From a virus: a stretch of DNA of 64,000 bases. The stretch spans positions 13,549-77,548 of IMG/VR virus record IMGVR_UViG_3300028534_000021; one strand, written 5' to 3'. The notes beneath the pieces were generated by a model. That model did not search any database. It saw nothing but the letters and a program-made list of their open reading frames with translations, and was not told where the DNA came from. Below are positions 55,887-64,000 of this stretch, in pieces (the first letter of the stretch is position 1; each line of letters starts with the position of its first letter). The translations under genes and the position numbers were made by a program.

Positions 55887-58025
55887 ATGCTAGTACCAGA
55901 AAATATTTTTGATATTTCTCCAGAGATTAAAAACATATTGGAATTTAATGGTCTTGGAGCTCAATTTAAGGCATATCAAAATAAAAGTAAATTTAGTATA
56001 AGTATTACTTTTGAAATTTCCAACCAAGCTTATTATAACGATGAAAGATTAATTATTAATAATAAAACGTTAGATATTAATAATCTTGGTTCGATGTTAT
56101 TAACTGATTATGGTTATGATGGAACGTTAGAGGATTTGGTAATTTTAGATTCTTTTCGAAAAGATGTTTCTGTTGAAACTTTAGATGCCGCTGAAACAGA
56201 TATAAATAAGGCAATGCAAACTATTAATGATGGTTTGGTAGATCCAACCTCATTTCCAGATTGTCCAGAAATGACGGAAGACGAAAAAGAAGAATTATCT
56301 GTAAAAAATACTGCAGTAATAGATATAGTAAATAAAGATAATGAAGTTATAGAAACAGTTACTATGGATTTATCAGATAATACTAAAATTTGTAAAACGA
56401 GTACTGGATTAGAGGAATCATTAAAAGCAACTTATTTAAATTCTTTACCAAAAATAGATCCAGGAAATAATATAGAACCAACTATAACTTCTCCACTTTG
56501 CAAATTACCAGATAATTCTGAATTAAAAACTAACGTTCAGGTAGAATTAGCTAAATTAGATATTGGTGAATCATCTATAGATGAATATAATAAAAAAATA
56601 ATGGATGATGGTATTTCAAAAACGGTCCAAGAACAATTAAATTTAATTGAGACAAATACTGGGGTTAGTTTAGAAGATACTACTTCGGAAAATATATCAG
56701 TGCAAGTAAATGATTTATTAAGCAATACTTTACCAAGTTATGGTATTCCATTATTACAAATAAATTTAGATAGAAATTTAATTATTCAGATAAATAATGG
56801 TCAATTAGAAGTACTGAACTTTGATAAGTACATAGATGGTCAAAGTATAATAGATGATACTACCGCTTATCTCGGAACAGCATCTGATAAAAATTTAGCA
56901 AATGCTGTACCAGATATTGGAAAGAAAAAATTAGAAATAAATATAATAGATAACCCAGATGCTAAAATAATTCCAGAAACTATTTATACTATGGTATATA
57001 CTAGAAATTATAATTATCATACATTGGAATTAAAAAAATTTTATGGAGAAGATATTTTTTCAGATGAAGAAAGTTCAAGTACTGAAACTGGATTATATTA
57101 TTTAGGTACCGATAAAAGTGGTTTAAAACAATTTTGTGGAATTATTTATGATGTACATCTACAAGAAGATCAAATAGATATTAATAATATAACGTTTGGT
57201 CAAAATTATTTACCAGATATTTATGGAGCCTTAGCTTATTATGATTTTTTTAATAAAAGCGAAGAAGAAACTCGAGTAGTTTATAATAAAGTTTATCCTT
57301 ATAAATCATTAGGTAAACCTTTATCTTTACGTGGTCCAAATTGGTATTTAGAAACTAGAAAATCCGGTAATTATACTTTTCCAAATCATACTTATATAGA
57401 CGATATGTTCTGTAAGAATAAGTTCACGAATAAAAGTTTTAGTATAGTTTTATTTTTTAAAAGAAATTCATTTATGAATTTTACTAATTGGAATAGTGAA
57501 TATGATATATCTAGACAAGTGATATTATCAGATCCTATAAATAATAATATTATTTATTATGATGAACGAGATATGTTATTAAAAATAGATTTTCATGGAT
57601 ATCGATCAGAAATCTTTGTTAATTTTGTTCCAGGTATGTGGTATCAATTAACATTAAGATATGATTATGATAATCAAAAATTTATTACTGATATACATTA
57701 TAAAAATTTGATTGCTACTTCACAATACGAATTTCTTAGTCCAACAAGTACTAGAAAAATCACAGATACTTTTAAGTTAGACGAAGATCAATTAATGGCC
57801 TTAGATAAAAGATTTCAATTAAATAGTTTATATGCTGAGTATTCATTCAGTCAAAAAGGTTATATTAAACCTTTCGATACATTATGTGGTCCAATAGTCC
57901 TTTACGATAAGTTAGTGGATACTATAGTAATAGATGGTATATTTGAATCTTTTTATCCAGTACTTGATTATTATAAAGATGTTGGTGGAATATATAGTGA
58001 AAATGGAATACTCTTAAATTATTAA
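55887..58025 (+). CDS. putative virion protein with LamG/concanavalin-like C-terminal domain(s)
   Basis: SFSIVLFFKR, PGMWYQLTLRYD, FCGIIYDVHL patterns. Confidence 0.5.
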   Translation: MLVPENIFDISPEIKNILEFNGLGAQFKAYQNKSKFSISITFEISNQAYYNDERLIINNKTLDINNLGSMLLTDYGYDGTLEDLVILDSFRKDVSVETLDAAETDINKAMQTINDGLVDPTSFPDCPEMTEDEKEELSVKNTAVIDIVNKDNEVIETVTMDLSDNTKICKTSTGLEESLKATYLNSLPKIDPGNNIEPTITSPLCKLPDNSELKTNVQVELAKLDIGESSIDEYNKKIMDDGISKTVQEQLNLIETNTGVSLEDTTSENISVQVNDLLSNTLPSYGIPLLQINLDRNLIIQINNGQLEVLNFDKYIDGQSIIDDTTAYLGTASDKNLANAVPDIGKKKLEINIIDNPDAKIIPETIYTMVYTRNYNYHTLELKKFYGEDIFSDEESSSTETGLYYLGTDKSGLKQFCGIIYDVHLQEDQIDINNITFGQNYLPDIYGALAYYDFFNKSEEETRVVYNKVYPYKSLGKPLSLRGPNWYLETRKSGNYTFPNHTYIDDMFCKNKFTNKSFSIVLFFKRNSFMNFTNWNSEYDISRQVILSDPINNNIIYYDERDMLLKIDFHGYRSEIFVNFVPGMWYQLTLRYDYDNQKFITDIHYKNLIATSQYEFLSPTSTRKITDTFKLDEDQLMALDKRFQLNSLYAEYSFSQKGYIKPFDTLCGPIVLYDKLVDTIVIDGIFESFYPVLDYYKDVGGIYSENGILLNY

Positions 58026-58049
58026 AATAAAAATATTAAAGGAAACGTT

Positions 58050-58349
58050 ATGATAGTTACCAGAATTGGAGATACTGCTATTGGTATATGTTTTTGGCCA
58101 CTACCTATTGGACCACAGCCAGCAACCGGTATAGTAGTTTCTGGAGATCCTATGAATTTAAATGGTGGTGTGCCTACTAGCGGTTTAGGAGACACTGTAG
58201 TATTTCCATGTGGAACTGCTATAATAATGAGCGGAATACCAAAAGACTTAACAAGGGGCTTACCAACAAGTTCTTTAGGTGCAAATGTAGTTGGGCCAAT
58301 AGTACAAGCTACGATTGTATCTGGAGATCCAATGAATTTAAGCCAATAA
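58050..58349 (+). CDS. PAAR-like spike tip protein
   Basis: TRIGD start and three IxSGxP...GxPTSxLG repeats in 99 aa. Confidence 0.7.
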   Translation: MIVTRIGDTAIGICFWPLPIGPQPATGIVVSGDPMNLNGGVPTSGLGDTVVFPCGTAIIMSGIPKDLTRGLPTSSLGANVVGPIVQATIVSGDPMNLSQ

Positions 58350-58366
58350 AAATTTAAAGGAAAATA

Positions 58367-59500
58367 ATGATAAATTTTATGAGTCCAGATTATAAAGATG
58401 ATAAATTATATTTTAGTGAAAATGACGATTGGATAGTTATTCAACATTTTAAAAGATATACGGAATTTTTAAAAAATGTAGATAGTTATATGTTAAATAA
58501 AATAAATGCATATGATAATATAAGTCCAGATGATTGTGAATATGGTGAAACTTTTTGGACTATTTTAAAGGATAATTTTAAAAATAATCCACTTGGCCCA
58601 CTAGTAGAAAATTTAACCGAAGAAATTTTAAGATGTGATTTATGTTATAATGGTGAAGAAAATCCACGAGGGGTTTATGATCCAACCATTGGAAAAGTAG
58701 ATGGAGTATTTGCTAAATTAGTAGCCTCTTTAGATAAAGGAGTTGGTAATTTTTTACAAAATTACACAATGGCTAAACAAGTATCAAAGTACGAATGCGA
58801 TTTTATGAATATATTTAAGCAAGTACGAGAAATTCAGGAAGCTATTAAGTACGGGGATATCATGGCATATTTCGATAGTATTTATAAAGAATTTTATAAA
58901 TCTTTTTCAAATTATCAAATTTATATAAGTTATTATAATTACTTAGATGCTGAAAATCTAGATTGTAATTCCAAAATTAATATGTCCTATGGTTATTATA
59001 ATCAAATGGATATTCCAAATGTTGGGCAAATCGATTATCGGGCAACGGAAGAACCTTTTATCAATAGTATTATTAATTATAAAACTAAATTAGAAATGGG
59101 GTTAAGGGATTTAAATACTTTGTTAGACGCTATGGATGGATTTATGGATGAATTATATATAGCTGTTAAAACATTAGGGGCTTTAAATATAGTATTTTAT
59201 GCGGATCCAAATGATCATGAGATGCTTCAGCGAGAAAGTCAAAGCACTTTTGAAAGTATGACCAGTCCGGTTGGTCAGGATACGGATACAGAAGCTGTAA
59301 AACGTTCATTACAAGCTAGAACTGTTTGGGCAATGAGTACTTCGGTACCAATAGCTATAAAAGCTCAAGAATATTTAGATGACAAACGATCTAATCAATC
59401 GACTGTATTTGGTTCAGCAGTTCAAAGTACATTTTATAATATTGGATTAACTGAAGATTTGAACGTACTTCGAGAAGTACTTAACCAACAACATAATTAA
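58367..59500 (+). CDS. hypothetical protein
   Basis: ORF track, AAGGA RBS. Confidence 0.65.
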   Translation: MINFMSPDYKDDKLYFSENDDWIVIQHFKRYTEFLKNVDSYMLNKINAYDNISPDDCEYGETFWTILKDNFKNNPLGPLVENLTEEILRCDLCYNGEENPRGVYDPTIGKVDGVFAKLVASLDKGVGNFLQNYTMAKQVSKYECDFMNIFKQVREIQEAIKYGDIMAYFDSIYKEFYKSFSNYQIYISYYNYLDAENLDCNSKINMSYGYYNQMDIPNVGQIDYRATEEPFINSIINYKTKLEMGLRDLNTLLDAMDGFMDELYIAVKTLGALNIVFYADPNDHEMLQRESQSTFESMTSPVGQDTDTEAVKRSLQARTVWAMSTSVPIAIKAQEYLDDKRSNQSTVFGSAVQSTFYNIGLTEDLNVLREVLNQQHN

Positions 59501-59511
59501 AAGGAAATTAT

Positions 59512-60045
59512 ATGACAAGGGAAGAAATCGATCGCGGTTCGAAAAATTACCATTACGAGAATTATGTGGAAAATTCATTTAAACATAATAGTATGAATAT
59601 TACCCATCCAAAAGGATGGGTAATAATGGATACTTGGAATAATCCTTTCTGGAAAATGGAATTATTCCAAGTAGATACAATGAGTTTTAATACTAGCAAA
59701 TTATCCGATTATTTTCATGAGATGTATGGTGGATCAAAAAGAGACTTATTTTTACCGTGGCATTATGTAATTGATATAGTAGATGGAAAACCTTATATTA
59801 TAAATACTCGACCCTTTATGTACCGATCATTAGTTCCAGGATATAAAGATTATTTAAGTATTTTAATAATTGGTAATTCTAACTTAGACGTATATCCAGG
59901 AAAATTATATAAGCAAATTGCACATGGAATAATGAATCAATTCAGATACGTTCGTGGGTATAGAATAGATCCAACTCCGGAAAATATTACTTATTTTACT
60001 GGTACTAATTTTAAACCAATAGAATTAGAAAAAGAATTACATTAA
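59512..60045 (+). CDS. amidase_2 / T7-lysozyme-fold-like protein, probably non-catalytic
   Basis: WHYVID..DGK....TRP...SILIIGN resembles the YHFxI..DG....GR...SIGI..xG core. Confidence 0.4.
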   Translation: MTREEIDRGSKNYHYENYVENSFKHNSMNITHPKGWVIMDTWNNPFWKMELFQVDTMSFNTSKLSDYFHEMYGGSKRDLFLPWHYVIDIVDGKPYIINTRPFMYRSLVPGYKDYLSILIIGNSNLDVYPGKLYKQIAHGIMNQFRYVRGYRIDPTPENITYFTGTNFKPIELEKELH

Positions 60046-60064
60046 AAAGTTTAAAGGAAATATA

Positions 60065-60508
60065 ATGGCAACTTTTACATCACCACAAATAACTGTAAAT
60101 AATCCGTATGGATTCAGTTCAGCTGATGCCGGAGATAACGTATCAACCTATGGTCGTTCAAGATTCGAAGATTATCTTAATGCAAATAAATGGAGAGTTC
60201 CAGATATTCCAGATAATGGATTAACATTTGTCGAAGCAAATCCAAATGAATTGATATTTAAAGATTCCAGAGGAATCGAACATAGAATAAATACCAATAA
60301 TTATGGTTCTGATATTTCTCCTATTTCTCCAGAAGTAGCAGATTTACAATCAAGAGTAATTTCTTTAGATGATAGGGTACTGATACTAGAAGGTGACAAT
60401 GCTATGTTAATAGATAAATTAGAAAAACTTGGAGATATTGTTTTAGATTTAAAAAATCAGATTCAAGCTCAAGCCAAGCAAAAACTTACAGTTAATTTTG
60501 GAAATTAA
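60065..60508 (+). CDS. hypothetical protein with C-terminal coiled coil
   Basis: ORF track; heptad pattern in the last 50 aa. Confidence 0.65.
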   Translation: MATFTSPQITVNNPYGFSSADAGDNVSTYGRSRFEDYLNANKWRVPDIPDNGLTFVEANPNELIFKDSRGIEHRINTNNYGSDISPISPEVADLQSRVISLDDRVLILEGDNAMLIDKLEKLGDIVLDLKNQIQAQAKQKLTVNFGN

Positions 60509-60535
60509 CAAAAACCTATAAATAAAGGATTTTAA

Positions 60536-61099
60536 ATGGCAACAAATGTACAAAATATCCCAGAACTTGATGAAGCCCCAAATATTAATTATAATATTTA
60601 TTCTCAAGATTTAAATACTCAAAAAGCAGCCATACAATCTAAGATTGAGGCACATGAGAGAAAATTAGTAGATTTAGAAATTAAAGAAACTATGTTAAAT
60701 AATATAATTACTAGAACAAATGCTACTCTTGAAAGTATTGACCCAGGAAATTTTAAATGGATTGGACAAACTCAAGCTAATCTTATGAAACAAATAGAAA
60801 ATCTAGGATTACTTAAAGATATCATTATTAAATATGAAGATATGATTTTTAAGTACAGAAAAGTTCTTTTGGAAATAAATGAAAAAGATCTTGGAAATAG
60901 AATTAGAATTAGTACTGTTCTTCAGGAAGAGAAAAAAGAAGAGGAAAATATTAACACAGTTCTTGCAGATATTCAGGAAATGTTAAAAGGTGGTGTTACG
61001 GATACTACTATAACTTCCGATAATCAGGATACTCAATCCGATTCTGGACAATTATTATTACAGAGTATAGAAAAAGAATTACTAGAAAATGATTATTAA
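60536..61099 (+). CDS. coiled-coil hypothetical protein
   Basis: ORF track, AAGGA RBS. Confidence 0.65.
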   Translation: MATNVQNIPELDEAPNINYNIYSQDLNTQKAAIQSKIEAHERKLVDLEIKETMLNNIITRTNATLESIDPGNFKWIGQTQANLMKQIENLGLLKDIIIKYEDMIFKYRKVLLEINEKDLGNRIRISTVLQEEKKEEENINTVLADIQEMLKGGVTDTTITSDNQDTQSDSGQLLLQSIEKELLENDY

Positions 61100-61138
61100 A
61101 AGATTGATAAACAATAAAATTTAAAATAAGGTAAACAG

Positions 61139-62713
61139 ATGGCTTACGAACATAAAGGATTCTTTAATAAAGGAACCGAAGATAAATTCAAATCTATCGT
61201 TAATTACGAATACGGTAAATTATTAAAAAACGACGAATTAATATTTGAAACTACAATGGGATCATATAATATAGATGCGGATAAACTTTTCGAAGAATTT
61301 TATTATGATAAAAAAAATGGTTATGGTAAATTAATTAATATACCAAATGATCAAAAAACTCAGTTTATAAAAAATTATCTATTCGAAAATACCATTTTAC
61401 CAGCTTTTCAAAAATTCGAAGAAAGTCTTACTCTTAAGAAATTTGAAATGATCGAAGAAGGTACTCAATTTGATTTAGATTTTAGTTCTCAAATTAAATA
61501 TGAAAATACTGCTCATTATCTTATAGAAAATTTTATTTTTAATGATTTTCCAAAAGATAAAAGAACCGAATTAACAGAAAGTATTATTTTCGCCAGCAAA
61601 TTACAATTGGAAGAAAGCTTAGACTCTTTTAAGAATGGTTATAAAAACCTTGGTGCTGTATATGATAAAGTTGAAGATGCTATTAGTAATTTCTTCATTG
61701 GTAGTACCGTTGGATTAGCTAGAAGTATTAAAGAAGCTCTTTTATTTGGAGTAGTCGCTTTATATAGTCCTTATCAACTTATCGGGTCAAGTAATATCAA
61801 ATATAAAATGCTTGGTAGAAGTGGTACTTCAAGACCAGGAAAAGCTTTAGAATTAATTTCACCAACGAGAGCAATAGCAGAAATGTTATTAAAACCATAT
61901 GGTAAAGTTGGGGAAATATTAAAGAAAACGAATGAATTAGATAAAGATGAAATTAAAGATTTTATTAAAGATATTCAGGAAAAAGAAAATACCAGAGAAA
62001 CAATTATTAACGATTGTTGGACTAAACATGCTCAGGTAATGGATAGTACTGAACGTCAAGGTTTTAAATTTAGTTTTAATGCTTTTGCTAATTGGATAAA
62101 AACTGGTAGAATGCAGTGGATAGGTAACCCTCAAGATACGGACAAAAGTATGTTAGGGTTCTTATTTAATATCGATGCTGATGATCCAAGCTTTCAAAAA
62201 AGTTTTTTTGAATTTCGTAAATGCACATATGATCATTTATTTGATTTACTTTTAGGATATGCTAAAATTGCTATGTCACAAGATATTACAACAACCGAAA
62301 TTCTTGAAAAAGTTAAAGTAGCTTCTCGCAGAAAAGATTATAATATTTTTGAACATATTAAAACGGATGGAAGAGATGTTAATGATTTAATGTATAAAGT
62401 TGGTAAAGTTCTTTTAAGTGTTGATGAAATTGCGGAAAAACTAAAAGAAAATAAACAGGAATTATTTCAAGATAAATATCTTGACCAATTTTACATGTAT
62501 CTAAAGCAAAAAATTAAACAAGCTTATTTAGATCTTGATGAAGCGGCTGAAAAACAAAGAGCTATTATCGATGATAATAAACTTAAAGATAGTATTGCTA
62601 GAGGCGGAGAACCAAAATACGAAGAATCTTGGAAAGATCATAAACTTAAAAATGTAAGAGATTATGAAAAAGGTAAATCACCTCGAAAAAAAATTAAAAG
62701 CATATACGATTAA
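61139..62713 (+). CDS. hypothetical protein, possibly a head component
   Basis: 524 aa; N-terminal third rich in (L/F/I)xE and EES sites like protease-processed head proteins. Confidence 0.6.
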   Translation: MAYEHKGFFNKGTEDKFKSIVNYEYGKLLKNDELIFETTMGSYNIDADKLFEEFYYDKKNGYGKLINIPNDQKTQFIKNYLFENTILPAFQKFEESLTLKKFEMIEEGTQFDLDFSSQIKYENTAHYLIENFIFNDFPKDKRTELTESIIFASKLQLEESLDSFKNGYKNLGAVYDKVEDAISNFFIGSTVGLARSIKEALLFGVVALYSPYQLIGSSNIKYKMLGRSGTSRPGKALELISPTRAIAEMLLKPYGKVGEILKKTNELDKDEIKDFIKDIQEKENTRETIINDCWTKHAQVMDSTERQGFKFSFNAFANWIKTGRMQWIGNPQDTDKSMLGFLFNIDADDPSFQKSFFEFRKCTYDHLFDLLLGYAKIAMSQDITTTEILEKVKVASRRKDYNIFEHIKTDGRDVNDLMYKVGKVLLSVDEIAEKLKENKQELFQDKYLDQFYMYLKQKIKQAYLDLDEAAEKQRAIIDDNKLKDSIARGGEPKYEESWKDHKLKNVRDYEKGKSPRKKIKSIYD

Positions 62714-62736
62714 ATATTATATTAAAAAGGAAAACT

Positions 62737-63096
62737 ATGTCAACTAATAAAATTTTAGAAGATGTTAAAAAAGAACTTAGTACTGCTGAAAAGGTTGAGG
62801 AAGTTTTACAGGAATCTGAAGTAAACGACGATTTACAAGATACTTTAAAAATTTTAGAAACTATTGATGGTATACTTGAAGAAGCTACAGTCGCAGGTAT
62901 GCAAATGCGTTCTTATGAAAGTAAGAAAAATGCAGCTATTGGAGCTATCGCCGTTTCTTTAGCTAAGAAAAATCGTGATCCACTTTACGAAAGATTAAAA
63001 CACTTTCGTGGAGCTTGGAAACATACGAAGAATGAAATTCTTCAGAGATATTATTCTCAAGCTACCCAACAATGGCAAGCTGGACAAAATAGATAA
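62737..63096 (+). CDS. small protein with acidic N-half and basic C-half, possibly prohead core
   Basis: ILED, LQES, ILET, ILEEA sites followed by a basic helical domain. Confidence 0.6.
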   Translation: MSTNKILEDVKKELSTAEKVEEVLQESEVNDDLQDTLKILETIDGILEEATVAGMQMRSYESKKNAAIGAIAVSLAKKNRDPLYERLKHFRGAWKHTKNEILQRYYSQATQQWQAGQNR

Positions 63097-63108
63097 AAAG
63101 GAACCTAT

Positions 63109-64000
63109 ATGAAATTAATCAGGTTTGGTTCTTTTCCTCTTGTCCAAATTAGAAAAGAGGAACATGAATGTTTGGATAAGTACTTACTTAAACATTTTTC
63201 AGATAGTATATCATTTTCAAATGCCGTTACTAATCTAAGTATTATGAAAAATACTTTCTATATTACTCCGGAAAAAGTTATCGCCAGTATGGCGAATAAT
63301 AAGATGAATGCTCCAAAAGCTAATAAAACTGCTGGAAGATTAGACGATTCTAAAATTGGAAAACATTCTGGAGATTATGAAAATTATGTAAAAGCTACCC
63401 AAAGAGCTTTTAAAATACTTAGAACATTTTATATTCAATTATCAGAAGCTCCTTTTTATAAAGGAATAGTATATTATCCAATATATATGGAAAAATATAT
63501 GCGGGATAATTCTTCTGGTGGAAAAATTAGCTCTCAATATAAATTTAATTTTGTTTTATTGACTAATAATTTAATTAATGATAGAACTAAAGAATTGGTA
63601 ATTGATGAAGCTGCTGTAATAAATGTACTTTATATATTTATTCACCTTTTTAAAAGCGATGTACTTTTTAATGACGTTTCTAGATCTAGGGATCCAATAG
63701 CTTTTTCAGATTTTAAAAGAAAACATTTGGTACAAGTTATGAGATTTTACAAACTTATTCAAAAGTTTGATTTAAATCCAGTTACTGTATTTTTAGCGAT
63801 ATATGATTTAGTATCTTTTGCCAAACAGGAATTCGATGAAAATAAAACTGCTAATTTTAATAACTTTGCTTCTAGATTAAGTTCTAGATCAGTTAGTAAA
63901 TTTAATCCAGACGATACTAAATTTAGAGGACTTGTAAAAATTATAAGTAATCAGATAACTATAGAATTAAATAGACTTAAAGCAAGTAATGAATTCCAAA
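63109..64000 (+). CDS. 5' part of a hypothetical protein truncated by the window edge
   Basis: AAGGA RBS, ATG at 63109 (MKLIRFGSFPLV...), frame appears open to the end. Confidence 0.65.
   Translation, partial: MKLIRFGSFPLVQIRKEEHECLDKYLLKHFSDSISFSNAVTNLSIMKNTFYITPEKVIASMANNKMNAPKANKTAGRLDDSKIGKHSGDYENYVKATQRAFKILRTFYIQLSEAPFYKGIVYYPIYMEKYMRDNSSGGKISSQYKFNFVLLTNNLINDRTKELVIDEAAVINVLYIFIHLFKSDVLFNDVSRSRDPIAFSDFKRKHLVQVMRFYKLIQKFDLNPVTVFLAIYDLVSFAKQEFDENKTANFNNFASRLSSRSVSKFNPDDTKFRGLVKIISNQITIELNRLKASNEFQ

Noticed and set aside
6548..62134. Other short ORFs nested in or antisense to long genes (e.g. 6548, 7559, 11249, 11625, 17616, 19414, 22821, 23208, 45482, 61937)
   Set aside because: Fully overlapped by well-supported genes, without RBS or recognisable motifs.
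298..63096. Stop-codon reassignment as seen in some large phages
   Set aside because: Genes tile densely under the standard code; TAG (16949) and TGA (7850, 32318) act as ordinary stops, and no suppressor tRNA is seen.

Overview
Very AT-rich 64 kb fragment of a large T4-like myovirus (jumbo-type) genome. Nearly all genes are on the + strand with AAGGA ribosome-binding sites; the host is probably Campylobacterota (inference). It contains the head module (prohead protease, major capsid protein), tail sheath and tube, baseplate genes, and a long fibre cluster (collagen, coiled-coil, FG-GAP propeller, papain-fused beta-roll fibre, S74 chaperone, PAAR-like). It also has four free-standing homing endonucleases, sugar-modifying enzymes, a complete two-component signalling module and a tRNA/ncRNA island (19.95-21.2 kb). 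The best candidate for an undescribed system is a two-repeat coiled-coil protein (19295-19951) followed directly by a ~290-nt non-coding RNA. That RNA is closed by a perfect 13-bp stem, ends in ACCA and carries twelve consecutive AANNNNT heptamers. Other unexplained signals: ten variable hairpins all ending in CCTGTC(G); ATAGTTAACTAT palindrome arrays, one present in both orientations between conserved flanks; a probable +1 frameshift at TTT_TTT_CGT; a pseudoknotted RNA with group I intron-like topology; and a shared MxLEINK N-terminal tag on three unrelated small proteins. All family assignments are by motif recognition only; no searches were run.
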